Below are positions 8,118 to 17,456 of a DNA stretch of 50,821 bases, one piece after another. The notes below the pieces were generated by a model. That model searched no databases. It was given only the letters and a program-made list of their open reading frames with translations, and was not told the origin of the DNA. Source of the stretch: an uncultured Nitrospinaceae bacterium (GTDB taxonomy: Bacteria > Desulfobacterota > Desulfobacteria > Desulfobacterales > UBA11574); contig CAXMTB010000004.1 of assembly GCA_964195835.1 (NCBI GenBank), forward strand, positions 1 through 50,821. The letters run 5' to 3'. The position numbers and the translations under genes were made by a program. How positions within the stretch are numbered: position 1 is the stretch's first letter; each line of letters starts with the position of its first letter.

Positions 8118-8474
8118 CTACGCTTCAACAAATTATGAATATGATTTAGTTTTTGAACAAAATTCTTGACATTTTGCATAACGTTGATATATGAAGGATC
8201 TTCGTGTAAGTTGGGTTGTCCTTGTATGGGAGTGCTTGGGCAACCCGTTCTTTTTTTGATCTATAGTTTCCCTCTTTCCAAACAAAAGCGTCCATATTTA
8301 TTAAGTGGATTCCTGCCCCCGCAGTTCGGGATTTCACATCATTTGGTTTAAATAGCTGTATTTCAGATGGTTTTGTGATAACCGTGATGCTGGTCAGCTA
8401 TCTGAAAGCCATTTGGCGATAGACCAATTTCACTAACCCGAATATTTCATGAAATTTTTCGAGAGGCCTTTTTA

Positions 8475-8700
8475 TTAATAATGAAAACAGTTTGTATTTT
8501 TGCGATAAAAGCATCTGCTTTTTAATGAACACTGTTTGCAATCTTTCTCACCAGCCAGATAGCGACGATAGATGTTGCGATCTATTATATGCTTCTTAAT
8601 GTTGAGTTTGAGTATTTTGCCATCCGGACAAATGTCTTGTTACAATAAGAAACGTTCATCTGGAGTGTTAACATGGCACATAACCCTGTAACCACGAATA
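8475..8700 (-). pseudogene. Decayed transposase fragment (Cys-rich C-terminal region of an IS1182/IS5-like DDE transposase)
   Basis: Hand translation of the minus strand gives ...VNTPDERFLL*QDICPDGKILKLNIKKHIIDRNIYRRYLAGEKDCKQCSLKSRCFYRKNTNCFHY*. This is the CPxG...CxxCxL..xC pattern, with an in-frame stop. The family assignment is from memory only. Confidence 0.35.
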
Positions 8701-8993
8701 AAGAAAATAAGTTGTCAAGAAAAGAACGGCGTAATTTGTTAAAGCACATTAAAAATATAGACAATAAATACCAGTCAACATTTTGACGACCACTACCCAT
8801 CTTTGTCAAATTTTTATCACAAAATCGACTCACATTCCTCGATAACCAGCTAATTTTACTAAAACTTAATCATTTCTTTCTTCATAAAACTTCGGCACAC
8901 TTATTGCTTATCTAACACTGAACAAAATCTTTTTATTTAAAACAATCGCTGGGTTCAACTTTTGGACAATATTTTTTCATCTGCTATAATCAT

Positions 8994-10772
8994 ATGAAAC
9001 TGAGCAAAAAACTCATATTGACCACCTTGTGTACGGTCCTATTGCCGCTTGTAATCGTAACGACGGTATCCCTTTGGTATATCACCGGGCAATTCCGCAA
9101 CCTGTATGTCGATTCGGCTCAGGGGCATCTTCGGGCTGGAGCGGAAAAACTCTCGGGATATTTTGCACAGCGTGTTTCTGAGGTTTCCGCTTACGCCAAC
9201 ACTTCCCTGATACGCACCATGGACTGGCAGGAAATCGGACCATTTTTGCATAAGGAGTTTAAGCGCTATAATGGAGCGTATGAAAAGCTCTTTCTGGGAG
9301 CGCCAAACGCCAATTACTATGTGACATCAGGAGGCAATCCAGCCTATGGCGGATTGGCCAGTTTTGACGATGCAAACCCAAAAGCCAAGCTGAAATCCAT
9401 CGCCAAACGTAACTACTGGCAATACCTGGTGGGCAACAATCCCATGGCGGATACACGGACCTATGTATCGGATCCCATCATCTCATACACCACCGGTGTC
9501 CGTCAGGTGGTGGTCGGTGCTACTATTTTATCCGAGTCGGGCAACAGGATCCTGGGCATGGTGGGCGGAACAATACAATGGAATGTTATCGAATCGCTGA
9601 TCAACGAAGTTCAAGACATAATTCTAAAAGATTTCGGCAGTTTGGCAAAAGTATGTCTGGTCGAACATAACGGCATTTACGTGTACCATTGGGATCCTGC
9701 TAAAGCCATACATCTCAAACTGAACAATAATGGCGAACCCATCCTCAATGAGATCGGTGAAAAGGTCGCTGTGCGGATGAAGATTACCGAGGAGCCATCC
9801 AAAGAACTGGCTCTGATCGGCAAAGAAATGATCCAAGGTCGAGAGGGCTTTGCTTTCTTTACCGATCCGGAGCTTGGTCAGGAGATGGCCATCATATTTG
9901 CGCCCGTACGATCGGCCAATTATTCCATGGCAATGGTCGTCCCAAAGGTTCAGATTCTATCTTCGCTAAAATACCTTCGATGGTTCTTTGTCGCAATTGC
10001 CCTGGTCTCTATCTTGCTTGTTATGGTGATTTATTTGTCGGTGGCCAAAAGAATTACCCACCCTATTGAAGCATTGAGCATAGCGGCTAAGAATTTGGCA
10101 AAAGGAAACTGGCAAACACACATTTCTCCCAATGGAAGTGATGAAGTCCGTGATCTAACTTTGGCCTTCGATGAAATGACCTCTTCTTTAAAAAAACGTG
10201 AAGCGGCTTTAAAAGAGAGTGAAGCCCGATTTCGGGCCATTTTTGAATCGACATCGGACTGCATTCTGGTTTGGGACAAAAAATACAACTGCCTGTTTGC
10301 GAATCAGGCTGCAACACATCATTTATTAACAGCGCGCGATAATATATCGGGCAAAAATATAAGGGATGTTCTGGACCATATACCGGATCTTGCGAATTCC
10401 TGGGTTCAACGCATCGACAAGGTCTTTGAAAAAGGTGAAGGATTGAGGGCCGAAGATGCTGTTTTTATGAACGGCAAAACCGTTTACAATGAATCTGTCT
10501 TTTCCCCCATAAGAAATGCTGAAAAACATGTTATTGCCGTTGGTATCGCGTTTCGCGATATTACCGAGAGAAAAGAGGCAGCGGAAAAAATTGTCCAGCA
10601 CAACAAGGAAGTATCAGAAGCCAACACACGCTTCGAAGTGCTGGTGGCAAACACAACCGAAAGGGAGAAACGGATGCTTGAACTTAAGCAGGAAGTCAAT
10701 GATCTGCTTGTGTCAGCTGGAAAAGAGATGAAATACAGCGCGCCCAAGAAGGTGGAAGAGCTGCTCAACTAA
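8994..10772 (+). CDS. Membrane sensor protein with TM, Cache-like periplasmic domain, TM, HAMP, PAS and coiled coil, but no transmitter or output domain
   Basis: 592 aa. TM1 is LILTTLCTVLLPLVIVTTVSLWYI and TM2 is FFVAIALVSILLVMVIYLSV. The HAMP region reads PIEALSIAAKNLAKGNW...VRDLTLAFDEMTSSL and the PAS region reads SEARFRAIFESTSDCILVWD. The C-terminus is a heptad-rich tail only. Confidence 0.8.
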   Translation: MKLSKKLILTTLCTVLLPLVIVTTVSLWYITGQFRNLYVDSAQGHLRAGAEKLSGYFAQRVSEVSAYANTSLIRTMDWQEIGPFLHKEFKRYNGAYEKLFLGAPNANYYVTSGGNPAYGGLASFDDANPKAKLKSIAKRNYWQYLVGNNPMADTRTYVSDPIISYTTGVRQVVVGATILSESGNRILGMVGGTIQWNVIESLINEVQDIILKDFGSLAKVCLVEHNGIYVYHWDPAKAIHLKLNNNGEPILNEIGEKVAVRMKITEEPSKELALIGKEMIQGREGFAFFTDPELGQEMAIIFAPVRSANYSMAMVVPKVQILSSLKYLRWFFVAIALVSILLVMVIYLSVAKRITHPIEALSIAAKNLAKGNWQTHISPNGSDEVRDLTLAFDEMTSSLKKREAALKESEARFRAIFESTSDCILVWDKKYNCLFANQAATHHLLTARDNISGKNIRDVLDHIPDLANSWVQRIDKVFEKGEGLRAEDAVFMNGKTVYNESVFSPIRNAEKHVIAVGIAFRDITERKEAAEKIVQHNKEVSEANTRFEVLVANTTEREKRMLELKQEVNDLLVSAGKEMKYSAPKKVEELLN

Positions 10773-10832
10773 AAACCAAAGAATCAAAAACAGGTGATAG
10801 TTTAGTCCTTTGAAACAAATGGCGTTCAACGG

Positions 10833-11033
10833 AGCTTCAGGTATGATTAAATTTTTGACTGGAAGCTGTCTGAGTGAATTAGGGATCGTTTTGAAAGAAC
10901 CATAGGCGATTAAGCTTTATGAATGAAACCCTTTGTTAAAGCAGAGACTTTTATGAATAGCATAGGCAGGTTCTTTCATTACGAGCCCTTATTCACGAGT
11001 TCTTTCAGCAAAAATTTAATCATACCTGAAGCT
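10833..11033. repeat. ~200 bp palindromic MITE-like element (family A/B)
   Basis: Outer arms are agcttcaggtatgattaaattttt and aaaaatttaatcatacctgaagct. Inner arms are ctgagtgaattagggatcgttttgaaagaacc and ggttctttcattacgagcccttattcacgag. The core tagggatcgtt..gaaagaac is shared with 17457-17570 and 28330-28645. Confidence 0.8.
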
Positions 11034-11085
11034 GAAATGTTTTTATAAGGCTAACGTGTTACAAAAACAGGAGGTATAATAAAAC

Positions 11086-12024
11086 ATGTCCTTAACCCTT
11101 TACTGGATGCATTGCGGTGGATGCGGCGGAGATACTCACGCCTTGATCAATGCCCACTCTCCTGATTTTCCTGAGCTTTTTGATTCACTTGATATTCAGC
11201 TTCTTTGGCAACCTTCGTTATCAAACATCACTGCAAAAGAACATCATGATCTTGTTGATAAGATGCTTTCCGGCGAGCAACAGTTAGACATTCTTTGTGT
11301 TGAAGGTGCTGTTGTACGAGGTCCTTCAGGAACGGGTATGTTTGAAGCCATAGAAGGCAGGCCCAAAAAAAACATTTTGGCCGGTCTTTGTACCAAAGCA
11401 AAGTTTGTGGTGGCTGTGGGTACCTGTGCCAGTTTCGGTGGAATCAGTGCAGAATGTGAAATTGAAGCCAGCGGTTTGCAGTTCCTCAAACAAAGAAAAG
11501 GCGGTTTTCTGGGTGAATCCTTTAAATCCCAAAGCGGTATGCCCGTCATTAACTTGCCTGGCTGCCCCTGCCATCCATCGATAATGACAGGGGTATTAAC
11601 TGCACTGGTCCATGAAAAACCGTTAGCCCTTAACCGATACAATTCTCCACTTGAATGGTATGGCCTTCTGGTTCATCAGGGTTGTACGCGGAATGAATAC
11701 CACGAATACCGGGTTGAAGACAGCATTTTTGGTGAAAAAGGGTGTATGTTTTTCCATCTGGGTTGTCGCGGTCCGCTCGCCTTTGGATCATGCAACAAAA
11801 TCCTGTGGAATGGACGGAGTTCTAAAACCCGTGTCGGCGTACCCTGTTTTGGATGTACGCTTCCAGACTTTCCACAATCTTCGCCCTTTTATGAAACACC
11901 AAATATTGAAGGCATTCCTGATGAACTCCCTGACGGCGTGGATCGAGCTCACTATATGGCTTACAAGGCTATGGCGGCCGCAGCAGCTCCTGAAAGACTG
12001 AAAAAGCGAAAAACAGAGGTGTAA
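11086..12024 (+). CDS. [NiFe]-hydrogenase small subunit, cytoplasmic (no Tat signal); sensor-type
   Basis: It starts directly at the proximal-cluster motif (MSLTLYWMHCGGCGGD). Further cluster motifs are GTCASFGG, PGCPCHP, HQGCTRNE, GCRGPLAFGSC and PCFGCT. There is no RRxFxK leader. Confidence 0.9.
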   Translation: MSLTLYWMHCGGCGGDTHALINAHSPDFPELFDSLDIQLLWQPSLSNITAKEHHDLVDKMLSGEQQLDILCVEGAVVRGPSGTGMFEAIEGRPKKNILAGLCTKAKFVVAVGTCASFGGISAECEIEASGLQFLKQRKGGFLGESFKSQSGMPVINLPGCPCHPSIMTGVLTALVHEKPLALNRYNSPLEWYGLLVHQGCTRNEYHEYRVEDSIFGEKGCMFFHLGCRGPLAFGSCNKILWNGRSSKTRVGVPCFGCTLPDFPQSSPFYETPNIEGIPDELPDGVDRAHYMAYKAMAAAAAPERLKKRKTEV

Positions 12025-12027
12025 AAT

Positions 12028-13566
12028 TTGAATAATCCAAGAACGAAAATAATAAATGCTCCGTTGAATCGAGTTGAGGGAGACCTTGAAATTCGCGTAC
12101 GTCTGGAGGACGACAGGGTATCCGAAGCATGGAGTGTCGGGGTGATGTTCCGCGGCATTGAAAACATGCTAAAAAATCGTGGGCCCCTTGATGGATTGGT
12201 CATCACGCCACGTATTTGCGGCATTTGCAGTACGGCTCATTTGACCGCTGCCGCTAAGGCATTGGATGCCATTTCAGGGGCCAAAGTGCCGGCCAATGCC
12301 ATTATTGTTCGCAATCTAGCGCTCATGGCGGAACATGTTCAAAGTGATATGCGTCACGGATTCCTGATGTACATGGCAGACTTCGCGAATTCAGCGTACA
12401 GCAAGCGGCCACTTTATGATGAAGCGGTAAAACGCTATGAGCCGTTCAAAGGAAAGACGGTTATTGATGTCATTAAGCGTACGAAAGAGATACTGGAAAT
12501 GGTTGCGATTTTTGGAGGACAATGGCCCCATTCGTCATATATGGTGCCCGGAGGTATCGCTTCGAACCCCAATATGAATGATATCATGCAATGCAAATAC
12601 CTGATCGACAAATTTTCATCCTGGTATGAAAAAAGAATCCTCGGATGTTCTCTTCAAAGATGGTTGAACATTCAAAACGGTGCGGATCTGGACGCGTGGC
12701 TGGATGAAAGCGAATCTCATCATAACAGCGAACTCGGATTTTTTATCCGATATGCCCGTGATATCGGTCTTGATAAAATCGGGCAAGGCCACGCCAATTT
12801 TATTAGCTTCGGTCAACTGGATCTGCCCGAAAATTCAAAAGTCATGGGTCGGAGCCAAAACTCACATTTTCTAATTCCGGCAGGCTTTGCTCGAAATACA
12901 GAGATTGAACCGTTTGATCAGAAAAAAATCTTCGAACATGTCGCATTTTCCTGGTATGCAGACGATAACGGCGGCAAACACCCTTTTTCAGGTGAAACAC
13001 ATCCTTACGCTACAGGCGAAGAAAGCGAAAAATATTCCTGGACTAAAGCGCCACGATATGATGGCACGCCCGCTGAAACCGGGCCGTTGGCAGAAATGAT
13101 CATATCTGGACATCCGCTTTTCACAGATCTGGTCAATACAATCGGCTCCAGTGCTTTTGTCCGTGAACTTGCCCGTCTGACTCGGCCTGCAGAACTCATT
13201 CCTGCAATGAAACAATGGATCATGGAATTGAATCCTCAAGAAAAGTTTTATGCGCATTCTCCGGACATCACCGACGGTGAGGGATTTGGATTGACCCAGG
13301 CCTCGCGTGGTGCCCTTGGCCATTGGGTCAGCATCTCGGACAAAAAGATCAACCACTATCAGATTATTACACCTACAGCTTGGAACGGATCTCCTCGAGA
13401 CGCCGACAGCATCAGAGGACCTTGGGAGGAAGCACTTATTCACACACCGGTGAAAGATTCGGAAAACCCCGTAGAAATCGGACATGTGGTACGGTCGTTT
13501 GACCCCTGCCTGGTATGTGCGGTGCATGCAATCCAGGGGAAGAAAGAAAACATATGGAAAATATAG
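12028..13566 (+). CDS. [NiFe]-hydrogenase large subunit
   Basis: N-terminal Ni-Fe ligand motif RICGICSTAH and C-terminal motif DPCLVCAVH, followed by a 12 aa tail (AIQGKKENIWKI). TTG start 3 nt after the small-subunit stop, with an AGAGGTG RBS. Confidence 0.9.
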   Translation: MNNPRTKIINAPLNRVEGDLEIRVRLEDDRVSEAWSVGVMFRGIENMLKNRGPLDGLVITPRICGICSTAHLTAAAKALDAISGAKVPANAIIVRNLALMAEHVQSDMRHGFLMYMADFANSAYSKRPLYDEAVKRYEPFKGKTVIDVIKRTKEILEMVAIFGGQWPHSSYMVPGGIASNPNMNDIMQCKYLIDKFSSWYEKRILGCSLQRWLNIQNGADLDAWLDESESHHNSELGFFIRYARDIGLDKIGQGHANFISFGQLDLPENSKVMGRSQNSHFLIPAGFARNTEIEPFDQKKIFEHVAFSWYADDNGGKHPFSGETHPYATGEESEKYSWTKAPRYDGTPAETGPLAEMIISGHPLFTDLVNTIGSSAFVRELARLTRPAELIPAMKQWIMELNPQEKFYAHSPDITDGEGFGLTQASRGALGHWVSISDKKINHYQIITPTAWNGSPRDADSIRGPWEEALIHTPVKDSENPVEIGHVVRSFDPCLVCAVHAIQGKKENIWKI

Positions 13567-13569
13567 AAA

Positions 13570-14010
13570 ATGAATACAAAAAAACGAATTATCTGCGTCG
13601 GCAACCGATACAGGCCCGAGGATTCGGCCGGGCCTATGGTTTATGATCAGCTTGTGAGCGACAGGCTTCCAAAAGATATAGAAGTGATTGACGGTGGATT
13701 GGCCGGGCTGAATCTGCTCCGCTTCATACATGGTGCAGATCGCGTGGTTTTTATTGATGCCGTGAATGGTTTCAGGCCCTCCGGCGGTGTGATCGTTCTC
13801 GATGCAAAAGATGCATCGCGACATGCAGATACGATCTTCGGTCATAGCGCGGGGATAGCCTATTGTTTACGGGTATTGCCCGAAGTACATGACGGCAAAT
13901 TACCTGAAATTTTCGTTGTCGGAATCGAAGGCACCACAGACCCTGATAAAATTTTAAGAGCTGCTGAAATAAGTCTTAAAATTGCTACCCAGGGGTATTC
14001 CTTGAACTGA
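13570..14010 (+). CDS. Hydrogenase maturation endopeptidase (HyaD/HybD/HupD family)
   Basis: 146 aa with ICVGNRYRPEDSAG, DGGLAGLNLL, FIDAV and GHSAG, matching the HybD metal-binding pattern. It starts 3 nt after the large-subunit stop. Confidence 0.85.
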   Translation: MNTKKRIICVGNRYRPEDSAGPMVYDQLVSDRLPKDIEVIDGGLAGLNLLRFIHGADRVVFIDAVNGFRPSGGVIVLDAKDASRHADTIFGHSAGIAYCLRVLPEVHDGKLPEIFVVGIEGTTDPDKILRAAEISLKIATQGYSLN

Positions 14011-14020
14011 TTAAAGAAAA

Positions 14021-16357
14021 ATGAGCGATATAGCATCTGACAATCTGATCGACAGACTCCATAAAGAGAACGAAATATTGCGTGAAGAAATCCGTGTTTC
14101 CAGAAGGGCAGCGGATATCACGGCTGATCTTGTGGTTCAACAGTTTGCAAAGGCCGATGAGATTCTTATGGAACTCGAGGAAAAGGCAGATAAAGAAAAG
14201 CACCTCAAGAATCAGCTGAAGAAGCAACTTGAAGAAGCTGTTCATCGTGAGCAGGAACTCAATCGAGAAAAAAATCGGCTTCGTGATATGCAAATTGCAT
14301 CCATCAACATGATGGAAGACCTTGCGTTATCCCAACAGATTGCCGAAGCAGCCACCATTGCCAAAAGCGAATTTTTAGCCAACATGAGTCACGAAATCCG
14401 TACACCCATGAACGGGGTCATTGGGATGACGAACCTCCTTTTGGATACGCAGCTGAACGCTGAACAGGGTGAGTTTGCGGAAACCATTAAAAACAGCGCA
14501 GATTCACTGTTGATAATTATTAATGACATTCTCGATTTTTCCAAAATAGAAGCCGGCAAGCTTGAACTGGAAATCATTGATTTTGATTTAAGGGGCACTC
14601 TTGATGAAGTGGGAGATCTTATGGCCTTAAAGGCGCATGAAAAGGGTTTGGAATTTGTCTCCAATATTCATCGACATGTCCCACTTTTATTGTTTGGAGA
14701 CCCCGGCAGATTGCGTCAGATATTGATAAACTTGGTCGGCAATGCGATCAAGTTTACTGAAAAAGGTGAAATAGCCATCCACGTTTCTTTAGAAGAAAAT
14801 GATAGAACACATGCCACCATCCGATTTGAAATCGTCGATACAGGAATCGGTATCCCCCATGATCGAATGGAGCAGCTTTTCAAGCCTTTCTCCCAGCTGG
14901 ACAATTCCAGCACCCGCGAGTTCTGCGGAACAGGTCTGGGGCTCACTATATCCAAACAGCTTTCTGAAAAGATGGGTGGACGGATCGGTGTAGAGAGCCA
15001 CGATGGCAAAGGCTCTATTTTTTGGTTTACGGCTGTATTTGAAAAGCAGCTTGAACGATCGAGGAGAAGTGAGATTCTTCCAGGAGACATCAGAAATAAA
15101 TACATCCTGATTGTCGATGATAATGCAACCAATCGACATGTTTTAAGGGAGCAGTTGAAGTCATGGGGCTGCCGATTTAATGAAGCATCCAGCGGTAAAG
15201 AAGCGCTGAGTAAAATGCGACAGGGAATCGATGATAATCGCCCGTTTGATCTTGCCATACTTGATATGCAGATGCCTGAAATGGACGGAGAAGCGCTTGG
15301 GCGAAAAATCAAACAGGATTCTGATTTGAAAAATACGATACTTGTATTGATGACTTCAATAGGTAAACGTGGTGATGCCAAGCGACTCGAAAAAATCGGT
15401 TTTGTCGGATATCTCACGAAGCCGGTCAAACAGTCACAGCTTTATGATTGTCTTGTAACGGTTTCCGGACTGCGGAATGAAACAGCATTGGTACAACCGA
15501 TGTCTATTTTCACCCGACACACCATTTGCGAGAAACAGCAGCGAACGGTTCGCATTCTTATGGCTGAAGACAACATCACAAACCAAAAGGTGGCCTTGAG
15601 CACCTTAAATAAATTCGGATACAGTGCTGATGTCGTTAAAAATGGCAAAGAAGCGGTCGAAGCTCTCAAAAAGATTCCATATGATATTGTTTTGATGGAT
15701 TGCCAAATGCCAGAAATGGATGGTTACGAGGCAACAGATGAAATCCGAAAATGGGAGAAAAAACTTAAAGACGGATCGGATCATTGTTCAGATTCAAACC
15801 TTGAATATACGGCCGGATCGAAAAGAGTTCCAATTATTGCAATGACGGCTCATGCGTTGAAAGGTGATCGCGAAAAATGTCTCAATGCCGGCATGGATGA
15901 CTATATCGCCAAACCGATCCATCCAAAGAAACTGTGTGATGTGATTGAAAAGTGGCTCAACGAACCGGAAGGGGCACATGAGGCGGAAATTGTCCATGAA
16001 TCATTACCAGAAGACGATATTTTTGATAAAAACAGTTTTCTCGACCGGCTCTTGGGTGATGAAGATCTCGCAAAAGAGATCATTAAAGGGTTCATTGAGG
16101 ATTCTCTGCGTCAAATCGGTACCATAAAAGAAGCGCTTGAGAACAGGGACACGAATGTGATATATGGTAGAGCTCACTCCCTCAAAGGTGCCGCTGGAAA
16201 CATCAGTGCAACGGCCTTGAAAGATCTTGCGTATCAAATTGAAATTGCAGGCGAAACAGGAGATCTGATTAAAGCGGCTTCACTGATCCCGAAACTTGAT
16301 GAACAATTCGAGGTATTGAAAAAAAGTTTGACCCTAAAATTACTATCGGAAAATTAG
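14021..16357 (+). CDS. Hybrid histidine kinase: N-terminal coiled coil, HisKA, HATPase_c, REC, REC, Hpt; no recognisable sensor domain or TM segment
   Basis: H-box [16 protein letters not shown] and G-box [15 protein letters not shown]1 reads [11 protein letters not shown]...[11 protein letters not shown] and REC2 reads [11 protein letters not shown]...[11 protein letters not shown]...DDYIAKP. Hpt reads [13 protein letters not shown]. Confidence 0.9.
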   Translation: MSDIASDNLIDRLHKENEILREEIRVSRRAADITADLVVQQFAKADEILMELEEKADKEKHLKNQLKKQLEEAVHREQELNREKNRLRDMQIASINMMEDLALSQQIAEAATIAKSEFLANMSHEIRTPMNGVIGMTNLLLDTQLNAEQGEFAETIKNSADSLLIIINDILDFSKIEAGKLELEIIDFDLRGTLDEVGDLMALKAHEKGLEFVSNIHRHVPLLLFGDPGRLRQILINLVGNAIKFTEKGEIAIHVSLEENDRTHATIRFEIVDTGIGIPHDRMEQLFKPFSQLDNSSTREFCGTGLGLTISKQLSEKMGGRIGVESHDGKGSIFWFTAVFEKQLERSRRSEILPGDIRNKYILIVDDNATNRHVLREQLKSWGCRFNEASSGKEALSKMRQGIDDNRPFDLAILDMQMPEMDGEALGRKIKQDSDLKNTILVLMTSIGKRGDAKRLEKIGFVGYLTKPVKQSQLYDCLVTVSGLRNETALVQPMSIFTRHTICEKQQRTVRILMAEDNITNQKVALSTLNKFGYSADVVKNGKEAVEALKKIPYDIVLMDCQMPEMDGYEATDEIRKWEKKLKDGSDHCSDSNLEYTAGSKRVPIIAMTAHALKGDREKCLNAGMDDYIAKPIHPKKLCDVIEKWLNEPEGAHEAEIVHESLPEDDIFDKNSFLDRLLGDEDLAKEIIKGFIEDSLRQIGTIKEALENRDTNVIYGRAHSLKGAAGNISATALKDLAYQIEIAGETGDLIKAASLIPKLDEQFEVLKKSLTLKLLSEN

Positions 16358-16366
16358 GAGTGTTTA

Positions 16367-17278
16367 ATGAGAATATTAATTGCTGAAGACGATGTTACAT
16401 CCCGTCTTATTCTGGAAAACATGTTGACCAAGTGGGGCTACGATGTCGTCTCTGCTACCGATGGGAATGATGCGTGGAAAAAGCTTCAAGAAGAGGATTC
16501 GCCAAAACTGGTCATCCTTGATTGGATGATGCCGGGTATGGAGGGCATCGAGATTTGCCGAAAGATTCGTGAAAATTCAAAAAGTGAAGACCAATATACA
16601 TATGTAACGTTGCTTACTGCAAAAGAATCAAAGGAGAACATCGTCACCGGCATGGATGCCGGTGCAGATGATTACATAACCAAACCTTTTGACATGCATG
16701 AACTTCGTGTGCGCGTCCGGGCCGGCCAACGAATCGTTCAGTTGCAGTCTGAATTGCTGGAAGCTAAAAAAGACATGGAAATACAATCGCGGACAGATCC
16801 GTTGACAGGCGTTCTGAATCGCCGGGCTATTCTATCGCAGATTGACAATGAACTTTCCAGGGCAAAAAGAGATAACGCGCATATAAGTATTTCAATGCTC
16901 GACCTCGACCATTTTAAGAAAATCAATGATACTTTCGGGCACCTTGCAGGTGATGCAGTACTTCGAGAAAGTATGAATCGGGTCGAAGAAACCATCAGAA
17001 CATATGATGCTGTCGGAAGATTTGGCGGAGAGGAATTTATTGTTGTCTTGCCTGGAGCAAAAGAGGCAGATGCATTTATCATTGCCGATAGGATTCGAAT
17101 AAAAATAAATGAAAAAAATGCAAATATTGACGGGGTAAGCATCCCTTTTACAATCAGCCAGGGTCTGGCAACCTGTAACGGAGAATTGACCGCGGATGAG
17201 TTGATTGCAAAGGCAGACGAAGCCTTGTACCGCGCCAAACAAAACGGCCGCAACTGTGTTGATAAGGCTTCTCTTTAG
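16367..17278 (+). CDS. Response regulator with REC-GGDEF architecture (PleD/WspR-like diguanylate cyclase)
   Basis: REC reads ILIAEDD...ILDWMMPGMEG...DDYITKP. The GGDEF domain has an intact GGEEF active site and an RxxD I-site (RTYD) five residues upstream. Confidence 0.9.
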   Translation: MRILIAEDDVTSRLILENMLTKWGYDVVSATDGNDAWKKLQEEDSPKLVILDWMMPGMEGIEICRKIRENSKSEDQYTYVTLLTAKESKENIVTGMDAGADDYITKPFDMHELRVRVRAGQRIVQLQSELLEAKKDMEIQSRTDPLTGVLNRRAILSQIDNELSRAKRDNAHISISMLDLDHFKKINDTFGHLAGDAVLRESMNRVEETIRTYDAVGRFGGEEFIVVLPGAKEADAFIIADRIRIKINEKNANIDGVSIPFTISQGLATCNGELTADELIAKADEALYRAKQNGRNCVDKASL

Positions 17279-17456
17279 GAAGAACAGAAGGTGTTTTCAT
17301 CATAACTCGTTGAATTTAATATGCTTAGATCCACACTTTAAGACCTTCGAGAAATTTACACCCCAAACCCGCTTTTGTGTTAGATTAAAATTTTATTTGC
17401 CCTCTGCGGATTAACCCGCCTCAACAATATAATGTGTCTTTGTGCTCTATTTGTTT

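Noticed and set aside
8146-8833. ORFs 8146-8337, 8166-8351 and 8585-8833.
   Set aside because: The first two overlap each other on opposite strands. All three lack an RBS and sit in the decayed, repeat-rich stretch that also holds the transposase remnant. The 8585-8833 ORF is out of frame with the only recognisable (transposase-like) peptide.
13540-13566. Possible selenocysteine ([NiFeSe]-type) or recoding at the large-subunit C-terminal motif.
   Set aside because: The motif is DPCLVCAVH, with ordinary Cys codons and no in-frame TGA.
12988-13845. 285-codon antisense ORF across the hydrogenase large-subunit 3' end and the protease gene. Similar long antisense ORFs occur at 14716-15429 and 16738-17253.
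   Set aside because: They have no RBS and no recognisable motifs, and they are fully embedded opposite genes with strong family signatures. These are typical shadow ORFs.
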